The translations under genes and the position numbers were made by a program. A stretch of 64,000 nt of DNA from Neocallimastix sp. 'constans' (taxonomy: Eukaryota): NCBI GenBank assembly GCA_050613775.1, contig JBODTK010000137.1:62001-126000 (forward strand), in the 5' to 3' direction. Each line of letters starts with the position of its first letter. The stretch's first letter is position 1. Positions 42,213 to 56,872 of the stretch are shown piece after piece. The notes under the pieces are model-generated. The model saw only the letters and a list, made by a program, of their open reading frames with translations. It was not told the origin of the DNA and ran no database searches.

Positions 42213-43020
42213 GAATAAAATAAAATAAAATAAAATAAAATAAAATAAATAGTGAAGTAATATAAAAGAGTAAAGTATTTATAAAAATAAAATAAAATAA
42301 AATAAAATAAATAGTAAAGTAATATAAAAGAGTAAAGTATTTATAAAAATAAAATAAAATAAAATTAAATAAAATAAATAGTGAAGTAATATAAAAGAGT
42401 AAAGTATTAATAATAAAAATAAAATAAAATAAAATAAAATAAAATAAAATAAAATAAAATAAATAGTGAAGTAATATAAAAGAGTAAAGTATTAATAAAA
42501 ATAAAATAAAATAAAATAAAAATAAAATAAAATAAAATAAAAATAAAATAAAATAAAATAAAATAAAATAAAATAAAATAAAATAAAATAAAATAAAATA
42601 AAATAAAATAAAATAAAATAAAATAAAATAAAATAAATAGTGAAGTAATATAAAAGAGTAAAGTATTAATAAAAATAAAATAAAATAAAATAAATAAAAT
42701 AAAATAAAATAAAATAAATAAAATAAAATAAATAGATGAAATATAAATATAAAGTACAAATTGAATAAAATAAAATAAAATAAAATAAAATAAAATAAAA
42801 TAAATAGTAGAAACATAAATATAAGTACAGATTGAATAAAATAAAATAAAATAAAATAAAATAAAATAAAATAAAATAAAATAAAATAAAATAAAATAAA
42901 ATAAAATAAAATAAAATAAAATAAAATAAAATAAAATAAAATAAAATAAAATAAAATAAAATAAAATAAAATAAAATAAAATAAAATAAAATAAAATAAA
43001 ATAAAATAAAATAAAATAAA
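42213..43020. repeat. Compound minisatellite: (AAAAT)n interrupted by about 30-bp core units
   Basis: Core TAGTGAAGTAATATAAAAGAGTAAAGTATT at 42250, 42312 (variant), 42379, 42464 and 42638. A second core type occurs at 42733 and 42805. Confidence 0.92.
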
Positions 43021-43564
43021 AGAAACTTAATGAAATAAATTTCATTAGTTGTTTCATGTAAAAGATAAAAAAATAAAATATTTGTTAAAAAAGAACTAAG
43101 AAATTCATCTATTTATCATTAATTATATATTTATCATTAATTATATAATTTAATAAATGTTATTTTTTTATTCATACTTTAATGACTTATCATTACATTA
43201 TTGAGATATTTTTAAAAATTAAAAACATTTTATCTAATATTCTTTTTTATTTATTTTATTTTTTTTTCTGGGATACTGTACCTTTTTTTTAATTTTTTTT
43301 GTTTATTTTTATTGTTGTATAATTAAAAAATTTAAGAAATAATAAATCATTAGTATTATTGTTATCTTTTTTTTTTTTTTTTCCCTTGAATAATGTAATA
43401 TTTCTGTATTTGTGAAATTATAAGATAATTAATTTATTATTACAATAATTTTGATTATCATTATAAAATTAATTTATTATTATAATAATTGTGATTATCA
43501 CTATAAAATTAATCATCATTATTATTTTTTTTTATTGATTTTGTTATTTCTTATATTATCTCTA

Positions 43565-43595
<31 letters not shown>

Positions 43596-46500
43596 TTCTT
43601 TTTATTATCATCATTTTAATATTTAAAAATAATTATTTTTATTATTTTTACTATTATAATTTTTTTTTTTATAAAATTAATATTATACATTTTATTAATA
43701 AAGTTTTGAATTTATTTTTTTTTTTATTATTAATAAATAAATCATTAATTAATAGTTATTAAATTTTTATGAGAAGAATTAAATTATTTTCATTAAAACT
43801 AGCCATTTTTTATTTTACGATATTATTAATGTAATTGAGTTAAAGTAATAAATTATTACAAAAAAAAAAAAAAAAAAACAATAAATTGAATAACAAAAAA
43901 AATGTATAAATCATGAAAACAGAAGAATACAGAAATAAAAGCAGCCAAACAATAATTAAAGAAAAAAAAAAAAAAAAAGAGCTAAAAGTAGAACAAAAAA
44001 CAAAAAACAAAAAATAAATTTTATACATATATTTTTTATTTATTTAATAATATTTAATATATTTAATATATTTAATATATTTATATATTTTAAAACTAAA
44101 AATGTTTATTGAATTATTTATATTATACGATAACTTTTTAATTTATTTAAATATATATATAGGAATGATTTTATATATTATTATTATAATTTTAAATATT
44201 AATGTATATATTGATATTTTTTTAATAAAAATCTTTAAAAAAAAATTTTTTTTTTATTATAATTATATTATTTTATATACATATTAATTAATTATGTCTT
44301 ATTTTATATTTAAATATTTTTTCATTATCTGTTTTTAATATATTATAATCATTAGACATTTTTATGTGTAAGCCAATGATCAATTAATGTGTTTAAAACA
44401 AAAAAAAAAAGATATTTCCAACTCTTTTTATGAATTTTATATTAAATAAAGTTTTTAATAAATAATATTATAAATTATTTAATATATCACTTGTGTTTTT
44501 TTGTCCTACATTAAATTTAAAACGTAATGTAACATAATTTAAAAAGTTTAGAATTTTTTTTAATATAGTGTTTTTAAAGGAAATTTTCAAATTAAGAAGT
44601 ATTATATCTTAAAAACTTTAATAGAATATGACTAAATAATTGAAGTATAAATTATTGATTGAATTTAAATTACATTTTAATATATTAAATGCTTATATTA
44701 TTAATTAATTTTATTATATTCCGTAATAGAAATGAAATAGGGATTAAAAAATAAATAAAAAAATATTATTTGTCATATAAAATTTGATGTATTATTCTTT
44801 TTTGCATGACTTTTAGAGTGAAGTATTTAAATTTATTTTTTTTATATATTTTAAAAAATTTGTTTTTTATTTAAATATAATTATTATATCAATTTTCATA
44901 GTATTTTTATTATATTTAATACTTTAAATATATGAATAAAATTTAATACATTTTTGTAAATTCAATTATTAAAATTCAGTTATTCATATATTTAAATAAT
45001 TGAAAGTATTTCAAAATTTGAATATGTCTTAAATTTAAAATTGAAATTTATCTAAATAATTTTCGTATGTATTTTAAATAAATGTATCTCAAATATTTAA
45101 ATTCATGCTTTTAATTAAATGTTAATAAAATATATTATAATTGAATATATTCTAATATTTGAATATAACGAATTATATTAAATTTAATTTAATTCTGAAA
45201 TATATTATTACAAAAGAAATATGGATTAAATATATTATATTTTTTTAAATTAACTCTTTTTTGTGTAACATCACTAAAATTAATATAGAAATAATATATA
45301 AATTAGAATAAATCAAATTTATATATATTTATCATAAATTTTAATTAAAATTAAAGTTAAATTCTTAATCGCTTTTTTAATTAATTTCATATTAAACTAT
45401 AATTATTAATAAAAATTTAATCTCTTTTCTTTTTTTTTTAATTAAAGTTTTAACATAATTTTAATATAATTAATTAATTATTTATTAAATAATTCATCTT
45501 TTATTAGTAATACTTTTTTAAATGAAAAATTATTGTCGGAAATAATTTCCATTAAAGTATCTTTAAAATTTTAAAAGCAAAAAATATATATATTTAAATA
45601 TATTTAATATATATTACAATGTAATCAAGCGGTCTTAAATTTAAAAATTATTATTATTAGTAATGAAAAAAATATAATATTTAGTTTTTTTAATTAAATT
45701 AATTACTAATAAATTTATATAATTATATTCATATATTCATAAGAACAAATAAAATATTTTCTAAAATAATATAGATGATGATGATAATGATAAATAATTA
45801 TTTTAAAAGACAATAATAATAAATATCGATTTATATTTATTTATTTAATAAATTTTTATTTGGACCTATCATTACTTTTCTTTTTTCTTTTTTCTTTTTT
45901 TTATTATTATTATTAAAATTATTATTATTATTATTATTTTTATTTTTATTATTATAATGATAAAGTTTAAACTTTATATAATATTAAATATAATCAATAT
46001 TTGATAATTATTAAAATAATATTAATAAAATCATAGAAAAGCTATAATATATTTAAATGAATTTTATTTATATACAAATTTTTTTTTATAAACATGTAAA
46101 TATTAACTAGACTTTGACCAAAGAATAAAAATATTTTTAAATGTAAATCATGAATAAAAGTAACAAAAAATACACACATATTTATATAAATAAAATTATT
46201 TAAAATAAAGAATTATTAATACCTGAATAAATTTATTATTATTATTATTAAACTACTTATTTCTTTTTATTTTTATTATTTTTTATTATTAAATATAATT
46301 GTTATTTTTATTACTTTTTATTATTAGAATATTTTTTATATATTATTATTATTAATTATTAATGTATTATATAATATTTATTTCATATTGTTTTATATTG
46401 ATCATGAAAATATTACGATGAATCATAAATCAGTTGGAATTCCTTCCTTTTTTTTTTTTATTTTTATTTTTATTTTTACTTTTATTTTATTTTTTAAAAA

Positions 46501-46836
46501 AAATCATATGTAAAATAAACAAAAATAAATTTAAGTTACCCCATTTGTAATTTCTCTAATTATACAACAAATAAATAAATATATATAAATAATTAAATAG
46601 TAGAGATGTAAGTATCATAATGTGAAAATGGAATAGCCAAATATATTTATTATATTATGAGGAGTTAATAAACGATTTAATTTATTTTAAAAACCATATA
46701 ATTATATTGTATTTGGAATAGAAAATAATTAATAATAATTTAATATTTAATACATAAAATAATTTAAATCATGTATAATTTAAATGAATTAAACAATATT
46801 TCAATAATTTCTGTTTCCTTTTTTCTTTTTTCTTTT

Positions 46837-46868
<32 letters not shown>

Positions 46869-47167
46869 TTATTTATTTATTATTTTTTTTTTATTTGGTT
46901 AAAATTTAATGCTATAAATTAATTTATATATTAATATTAATAATAGAAATTAAATAAAAGTGATATTTTGCTTAAATATCATTTTTTAATAAAATGAAAT
47001 TAACACCAATCTTGATTTAATTTTTCTATTTATTTATTAATATTATTAATTTTAATAATAATAACTTTATAATAGAATAATGATTTTAAATTTAATTATA
47101 ATCAAGTTTCCTTTTAATTACTTATACTTTGTTATTAATTACAATCCTATTTCTTATATTTCTCATT

Positions 47168-47214
<47 letters not shown>

Positions 47215-48481
47215 TATTTTATTTTATTTTATTTAATTTAATATTATTTCCAAATTATATTCAATAAAATTTTTATATATAAAGTATATATATATTTAAT
47301 TTAAACAATTTAATTTAAATCCATGTATTAAAGTTAATATATATATAAATTATAAAAAATATTAATATTTAGTAAAATAATAATGTTTTACGATTTTAAT
47401 TTTTAAATTTGGTAAAGTTTTTATTTAAAAAAGATTAAAATTAGTTTCTTGATTATATCAACGTTTAAAATATAATTATTATTTATATATATATTAAAGA
47501 AATAAATTTTCATTTTCATGTAAATATATATCGAAAAGGTCAGCTAATATTGAAACCTTTTATTTACAAAAATTTAAAAAAAAATAAATATTAATAAAAA
47601 ATTTTTAAATTATTAATAAAGCAAAATATATATATTTAATAAAAAAAGAAATAATTTTATGTTATTTGAACTATTTTATTAGTAATATATAAATTTTATT
47701 AATATATTAATATTAAATATCTTTAAATTTTTTTATTTTATTTTACTTTATTTTTTTTTTTTAATTTAAATATTAATATTATATATATCTTATAAATTTT
47801 TTATTTTATTTTATTTTATTTTTTTAAGCAATTAGAGTGTTTACTGTAATATGGTATTAAAAATTTATTAAAAAATCCTTATTTCTATATGTATTTCATA
47901 ATTTTATCTTTAAGGGTTAAAATTTATTTAAAAGAAATTTTTTTTTTAAATTAATTTTTTATTAAAATAATATATTAATAATTTTTGAATTTTTAATAAT
48001 TATTAAACTTCCTATTGTCATTATTAATAGCTACTTATATACGCCAATAATTAAGTCAATAGGAATAATTTATTTTAAAATGTTAAAAAATATATTAAAT
48101 GAGAATTTTATTATTAATTTTAATTATTTATTAATATAAGATAATATATCTACTAATATATAAAAATAAGTAATATTTGATTTAATAAAAAAGTGAACCA
48201 AAACTGAATACTAAATATATTATAATATAATATAATATAATATATTTGATAATAATATATATGATTTAATTTTATATTAGTAAAAAAAACAAACAATCCT
48301 AGTGTTAGTAACCATTTTTGGAAAAAAAAAACTAATGAAAATTCAATTAATTGATTATATATTGAAACTAATATATCTTTATAAATTTATTTCAATTATT
48401 TAATATGAATAATTGAATATAATATATATTTTAATATATTATTTATTAAAAATTTTTTTAATTGTTTTCTTTTTTTTGAGA

Positions 48482-48488
48482 TGAGTCA
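48482..48488. promoter_or_regulatory. Gcn4/AP-1 consensus site TGAGTCA, about 3.2 kb upstream of the bZIP gene
   Basis: Exact consensus match only; function unproven. Confidence 0.2.
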
Positions 48489-48773
48489 ATTTATATTAAT
48501 TATAAAAAAAAAATACATTATTTAATCTAAAAACTTTTATATTTATTATGTATCAATTGATTTAATATATTATTATTATATTTTAACATAAAATTAAATA
48601 GTTTATAAGAAACTAAAAAAAATAAATAAATTAAAAAAATAAATGAATATGTGAATAAATAAGTATATTAAATTAAAATTTTAATATATCCAATTAATAA
48701 ATAAATATATTTATAAATTTTTTTTTAAATATTATAAATACAATTACATTGCATTATGTTATCAAATTACGAA

Positions 48774-48808
<35 letters not shown>

Positions 48809-51105
48809 AAGTAATTAATTTTATATAGCTTTAAATAATAGTTGCTGTTTTTTTTTTTATGAATGTAAATTAAAAGTAAAAACAAATTAAAGCTAATATA
48901 TATGATTATAAGTTTAAATAGTATATTATTTATTTAAATAGTATTACAATTTGCCATAAATATACCATCTGAAAATAATTATGTAATACTAATAATTCCT
49001 ATCAAACATTAATTAATATTTGAGTTACAAGGAAATTCATTTTTTTTTTTTTTTTGTTATACATCATAATAATTATAAAAAAAAAAAAAACATAAATTCT
49101 TCATTGTAATTGGGCTATTTTATTAAAAACATTATATAACATAAATACTAATCAAAGAAATTAAATCAATCTAAAAATCTTATTTCATTGTATTTTTTTT
49201 ATAACAATAATTAATTGTTATTGTTTTCAATTACAAAAACTTTAATATATTAATAAATACTTTAATATTTATATTGTTTATTTTTTAAATTGGGATTTTT
49301 TTTTTTTTTTAAATAGTTAAATAGTAATCTTTAAATTATAATAAATTTTAATAATAAACAAAAATATTTACTATCCATATATAATATAAATTTGTTTTTT
49401 TATATTAATATTCATATAAAATTATTGTTATATTATTAATTAGTATTGATACTTAATAGGTCAATTGAATAATAAATATATTCCAATTTATTCAATATAT
49501 ATAAAGTTATTTAAATTAAAATTAATTAAATATTTTCAAATCTTATTTATTAATAAATCCTAATATATAATATTTTTAATATTAATATAAATTAAATTAT
49601 TTATATTAAAAAATTGGAATAAAAATGATGTAAAACATAAGATATAAATAATTAAAAAGTTTCCTTTTTTCTTTTTTTTTTTTTAATTTTTAAATTTTTA
49701 AATTTTCACTTTCAAATCATTTTAAGAATATTATTCATAATATAAAATAAACATTTTATGATATAATAAATTCATATAACAAAAATTATTTTTTTATATT
49801 TATGTTTTAAAAATTAATAGTTATAGAAATATTTTTTTTCTTTAAAATAATATATTTATATATATAAAAAGAATTAAGAAATTTAAACAAATTATTTGTT
49901 TAATTTTAAATAATATATATATAAAATAAAATAGAAATTTCTTTTTTTTTTTTTTTTTTTTTTATGTTGTTCAATTGAATTCATAAAAAAAATAAAAAAA
50001 AAAAACTGGAATAACATTTTAAAGAAAAAAAATATAAAGTAATAATAAATATATATCATAGTACTAATTATACTAATTGAATAATAAAATTTAATAATTA
50101 AATAGTCATAAAAAGGAAATTTTCAGTATAATTTTGAAAAAAATAAAAAGAAAAAAGTTTAAATAATATAATTTAAAAGAATATATTTTTATTATCAGAA
50201 ATATTAAATTATTAAATAAAATAAAAACTTCTGGAAAGCTTTTTATTTTATTTAAAATAAGGGATTTTTTTTTTTAAATTCATTTTTATTTTATTCTTAT
50301 TTTTTTTTTTTTTTTTTTTATAAAACGCTTTACATTAATAAACATTACTTTATAAGTAGCATTAGATATTTATTTTATTTTTATTTTTAATATTACTTTT
50401 AATTTTTTTATTAAATAATATTAAATTTATATATGTATATATAAAGGAAAAAAAAATTTATTTATTAAAAAAAAAAAAGAAAAAAAAAAAAAAGAAAAAA
50501 TAATTGATATCAGTAGCAGAAAGAAACAATTATTTTTCTTCCTTCTCTAGTAATATTAAAATTTCTACTTGTTGATAAATATTACAAATATTTATAATAT
50601 ATTTTATTCATATAATAACCAAAGTAATATAACAGTATATATTATAGTTGGTTTTATTTTAAGTGAAATATAATTAGTCTCTTTCTTTATTTTCTAAATA
50701 TAAACGTACTTGGAAATAATAAACAAGAGAAAAAAAAAAAGCTTTGAATTATAATTAGTAATAATAAAATATTTATTATTTAAAAGGAAAGGCAAATCCG
50801 TTAATTTGTAAGATACAACAATTAAATATCTTATAAATCAAAATTTAATTTTAAAGGGTAACTATATTTTATGAATAATGAATATTTTCATATTAATATT
50901 TAGTTGTTAAAAACTTTTAATTAGTCTTATTATTTTATTTTATAAATTTATAAATATAACATATAAATAACTATTCATTATTATATATTATAATAATATT
51001 TCTATCTTAATATTTATTTTAGGTCTATTTTCTTTTGCATTTAATTATTTTTCTATTTTATATTAAAGAAAAAAAAATTCAAAAATCCAAAAATTATTAA
51101 TATAT

Positions 51106-51279
51106 ATGAAAGTCAATGATACTGATATATAATAATTCTTATAATAAGACAATAAAGAAATAATAAATAATACGATATAATAATAATAAAAAAAAAATAA
51201 AAATAAATAAATAATAGTTATTGATAAATCTGTAAAATATATAATACATTAACTATTATAGTTATAAATCACATTAAAA

Positions 51280-51317
<38 letters not shown>

Positions 51318-51473
51318 AATTAATTGAAAGTCGAAAATACAATAGACCTTTTTCAATTAATATTTTGTATATAACAATTTTTTTTTTATCAAGAAAATTT
51401 TTTCAAAATATAAAAACAAAATAATATAAAAAAAAAATTTTTTTTTTATTTTATATTATATATGTATATATAA
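51106..51473 (+). promoter_or_regulatory. Candidate uORFs in the bZIP 5' leader
   Basis: 51106-51132 MKVNDTDI*, 51116-51163 MILIYNNSYNKTIKK* and 51462-51473 MYI*. These are the only ATGs I found between the putative acceptor at 51022 and the main ATG. Confidence 0.45.
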
Positions 51474-51690
51474 ATATCTACTATTTAGAAGAATTGAAAA
51501 AATATATATAAATATATATATTTTTAGAAATTTAAAAATAAAATAAAAGAAACTACATCAAAGTTTAGAAAGAATTGATAAAATTATATTAACAATTATA
51601 GATATTTCATTTTTATTAAATTATTTAAAGTAATTTTTTTTTTTTATTTTTTTTAAAAAAAATTAAGAATAAAAATACATAAATTAAAAG

Positions 51691-53115
51691 ATGAGTAATA
51701 AAAGTTTTCAAAATTTTGGTACTGCTTCTGCACCTCAAACACAGGTTTATCCTGATGGTACTGTAAGAATTATTCAAAATAATAATCCAATGGCTCAAGA
51801 TACAAAATGGATAACTGCCACAGCTATAAATCAACAACAGCCCCAAGAACAACATCCACGTCCTCATCCACAAATTATTCAATCCAATAAAGTTCAATCA
51901 CAAGCTATTTATTATTCACAAGGTCAAAATCAAGGACAAGGTCAACCACTTATTGTAAAGCAATCCTCTATTGGAGGAAATGTCATGACTACACCAACAA
52001 TGTCTTATAATTCTACTATTTATACAGCTCAAGGACAAGGACAAGGTCAAACTCAGACTATTCCATTATATTCAACTTCTTCAATGAATATTCAAGTAGC
52101 AAATACACCAGCAAGTACTTTGAATTCTGTATCTAGAAAAGGAAATAATAATGGAGCTTCAACTGTTATGATGACTCAAAGCAATGGAACTAATGTAATG
52201 AATGATATTTCCTCTTCTTATAATGTAGCTCAACCCATTCAAGCCCAAGAATCAAAAAGCTATTCAAATCCAATTTTTGTTATTCCATCTCCTTCTACTC
52301 CAACTCCTCAAATTAGTTATACAACTTCTTCAACTACTCATTCTAATCCTACCATTGTACAAATTCAGCAAACTCCACCACAAACTACTTTACAACAATC
52401 TACTAATACTTCCCAATATATCATTGCTCAAAAAGCAAGTGGTCAAATAGGTATGCCTTCTACTCAGCAAGTTATCCTTCAGGCACCTCCTACTCCTTAT
52501 GGTACAAGTCCAACATCAGCTCAAGTTCAAGTATTAACTCAAAATGGTAATAATACAATTATATCACCAACTCAAATTCAATATCAATATAGTGTTACGC
52601 CACCCTTAAATAATGAAAAGGAAGTTCCAATTAAACAAGAAAATAAAGTATCTCCAGAAATGACTATTATGAATACAACTGAAGTAGAAACTAGTATGGC
52701 AAATACACAAGAAAATAGTGATACTCAAGCTTTTTCATCAAGTCTTATATCAAATCCAGGACGTCTCTTCAATAAAATTTCTATTTCTTCTCCAACATCT
52801 AACAGTATGTACTCTGTAGATTCCAGTTCTTTGTCACAAAATCAAAATCAAAATCAAAACCAAAACCAAGAAAAAAATGATACCATTATGACAAAAGAAA
52901 ATTTATCCCCTGCTGGCGGGGATAAGGTTAAATTAGAAAATAAAAGTATAATCTCTCAAAATGATAATAGTAATACTAATACTAATATGGATATTAGTAC
53001 TGGTATCACTGTTAAAGAGGAACAATACAATTCAATGGATATTTCTTCTGTTGATCCAAATTCTTCAAAAGATTCAGGAAATTCAATGAATATTGATACC
53101 ATGAATTCAAAGACA

Positions 53116-53148
<33 letters not shown>

Positions 53149-54144
53149 CTTAATGGCATTGCGGTTATGACATCAACATCCACTCCATTAAATCCAGCTA
53201 CAATGATAACTCAAAATATATCAAATTCACAAAGTATGATACAAACGTCTTCTGCTGCTGGGACAACACAAAACATTAATATGATTCAAGGTATTCAAGG
53301 AGTAAATACTAATATTGGAAATGGTGTTAATAAAGTAAATGGTATTAATGTTATTAATGGAATGAATGGTATAAATAATGTAAGCTACATTAATACAGTG
53401 AATGGTATAAATGCTAACCAACAAAATGTTAATGTAAATGGTATGAATACTATTCAAAGTGTTCAAGTAGCTACTGCTATACCACAAACAATTAATACTA
53501 TGAATAATATGAATATAATGAATAATAATAATGGAAATATTATTAATATTACTCCTAATCAATCAACCGCTGTTCCAATTAATGCTAACAATTCCATAAA
53601 TCTTTACTATAATCAAGGTCAAAATATAATGAATGTTAATCCTAATACTACTACGATTAGTTATGCCAATCCAAATATAATGAAAAATAATATTAATAAA
53701 GGTTCTAATGTATATAATACTCGTATAAAAAATTCTCACATTGTTGATCCTGACGTTCCACTTGAAGTTTTAATTAAAAGAAGAAAGAATACAGAAGCTG
53801 CAAGAAGATCAAGACTTAGAAAAGCTGAAAGAATTCAAGTTTTAACTGAAATAGTTCATAATTTAGAAGAAAAGAATAAAGAATATACACTTAAAATAGC
53901 AGAACTTCAGGGAGAACAAGCTAATTGGTTAAAGAAGGAAGAAGAATATACTACAACAATTAAACAACTTCAAGAAAGACTTAATGGTAATACTAGTTCA
54001 AGTAAAACAGATGAAAATGATATTAATATTTCAACACAAACTACTACTACTGCTACTACAACAACCACTACTACTGATGTAGAAACTACAAAAGCTGAAT
54101 CCACTAGTAATCTATCTACAAAAGATTCAACTTTAGAAAATTAA
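51691..54144 (+). CDS. GCN4/CpcA-like bZIP transcription factor with long Q/N/S/T-rich low-complexity region, 817 aa, intronless
   Basis: Basic region [33 protein letters not shown] followed by heptad leucines. Compare Gcn4 [21 protein letters not shown]. Confidence 0.9.
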
Positions 54145-54644
54145 ATTTAAAAAAAAATATATATATATATATATAAATATATAAAAAAATTTTTCTTAAA
54201 AAAAAAAAAAAAAATATTGATAATTTTTACCAATTTAAATAATTTAATAATTATTCATTATTCTGATATAATACATTTAACTTATTAAAAAATAATACAC
54301 ATTTATGAAAAAGGATATATAATTAAAAAATGAAAAACATTAATTTATATTTTATTATTATTATTTATTTTATTATTATTAATATTATTATTATCATTAT
54401 CATTTTTTAATTAATCATTAATTCAAAAATTGCATATATATATATCTATAATAAATTTATTATTATTATTTTAACTTTAATATTTTTGATTAATTTTTTT
54501 TTTTTCTTTTTCTTTATATTTTATTTAAAAATAATAAATAATATAAATATTTTCATATTTATAAAATAAAAATAAACAATAAAAAATAAAATATACATTA
54601 ATATATATATAAAATTAAAAAAAAAAAAAAAGAAAAAAATTGAT

Positions 54645-54675
<31 letters not shown>

Positions 54676-55484
54676 TATTTTAATACATTATTGCTGTTGT
54701 ACAGTTATTTATTATTATTTCTATTCTATTATTATTATTATTATTAATTATTATTATTGTCTATTATTATTTTTATTAATGCTTATTATTAAACAAAATA
54801 TAAAATTTAACTTGTAAATTAGTCATATTTAATTTGATTTTTACTTGTTAAGAGGTGAATAATAATGGAAAATTATAAATAATTGCCATAAATATCTTCA
54901 ATGTTTCGTTAAAAAAAAAAAAAAATTGATTATTAATCAATATATTTTACATTGATTCATAGAGATGCTAGTTAAAAAGATCATCAATCGCAATTTTTTT
55001 TTTTTTTTTTTAATTTATACAAACTCAAATAAAAATAGGTATTTTTCTTACAAAAGAATTAAAAAAATTAAAAATTCACTGTCATCACTTTTTGGGGTTC
55101 AATAAAGTTTGATATAATAGCACCCTATCTTATCCTTGTTTTTTTTATTAATTCATATTTTAATTTATTTTTTTTTTTTTTTTTTTTTATTTTTTTATTT
55201 TATTTTATTTTATTTTATTTTATTTTATTTTATTTGTTAATTTATTTATTTATTAAAATATCTTTGGTGGACATTGATTTTAATTTAAAGTATACTATTA
55301 AACCAAGTTTTTATTATATTTTATTTTATTTTATTTTATTTTATTTTTTTTTTAATTTATATTTTCATATTTTCAAAAACTGTATTTTATAATAAAATTG
55401 TTTATATATATATTTTTTATTAATATATTACTTCTTAATTTAATTAAAGTTTTAATTTTAATTAATAAAAATAAAATTTTAGAG

Positions 55485-55531
<47 letters not shown>

Positions 55532-55937
55532 TATATTATTAAGAATTATATGTTTAATCATAAGAATTAAAATTTATTCATTTAAAATTAATTATGAAAT
55601 CTTTGTTAATTGAAAAGATTGAATTTCTATAAAGTATTATTTATTCTATGAATAAGAGAAAATTTATTCATTTAAAATTAATTATAATTAAGAGAATTGA
55701 ATTTCTATAAAGTATTATTTACTCTTTGATAATGAAGAGGTGATAATCAATCTTTTTATTCACTGGAATTTTGAAATTATTTTTCTTTCTTTATTATATA
55801 ACAATCTAGTATTTTTATTGATAATTTTTTTCGTTTTATTGAAGGTAAAATAATAAAAAAAAAATTTTTTTTTTTTTTATATTTATATAATTCATTGATT
55901 TTTTTTTGATTTTTTACCTTTTTTTTTTTTTATTTTA

Positions 55938-56177
<240 letters not shown>

Positions 56178-56179
56178 TT

Positions 56180-56840
56180 TATTTTTGAAAACATTTATAA
56201 TTTATATATTCAATTTCTTCATCATTTTCTTCTTCATAGCCAATCCAAAATTGACGATGCTGTTCTTCAATATCAAAGTATATAATATCAAAATAAGAGG
56301 GTTTTTGTTGATATTGATCACTACGTAAATCTCATAGGGATAATGAACTTTCTTCTCCATAATAAATAGTAGTGTAAATAAAATAATAATCTGTACTATT
56401 AGCAAAATTAATTTCACTTGGTAGATCATTCATAAGTCATGCTGGTAGATGAAGATCAAGTTTTTCTAAGGCTTCTGATTCAGGTAAATCATAAAAAAGT
56501 TCACCAGTTTTTATAGACCAAATACTAAACATATTTCTTTCTGGTCCATTAGTGAGTAATAGATGATTATTTATTATTAATGTGAAAGGATATTGAAGGG
56601 GAGGAGGTATGAATTCTATATTAATAATGGATTCATCTAGTTCCAATAGTTCTCTAAAGGTTATTATATTTTTTCATTTTGTTCCTAATTATGATTATGA
56701 GCATCATCATTATCAGTTATGTTATCATTTGCTATTACTTGGATTAGGTATAATCTTTTTATTATAATATATTAAAGAATAAAAGAAAAAAAAAAAAAAA
56801 AAAAGAAATATTTAAATTATAAATTATTATTATTATTACT

Positions 56841-56872
<32 letters not shown>

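Noticed and set aside
42190..43057. 208- and 216-aa FYFIL-repeat ORFs, and a CRISPR-like appearance
   Set aside because: They are translations of (AAAAT)n. The 'spacers' are microsatellite rather than unique sequence, there are no cas genes, and the DNA is eukaryotic.
51625..53562. Minus-strand ORFs inside the bZIP gene
   Set aside because: They are antisense shadows of low-complexity coding sequence.
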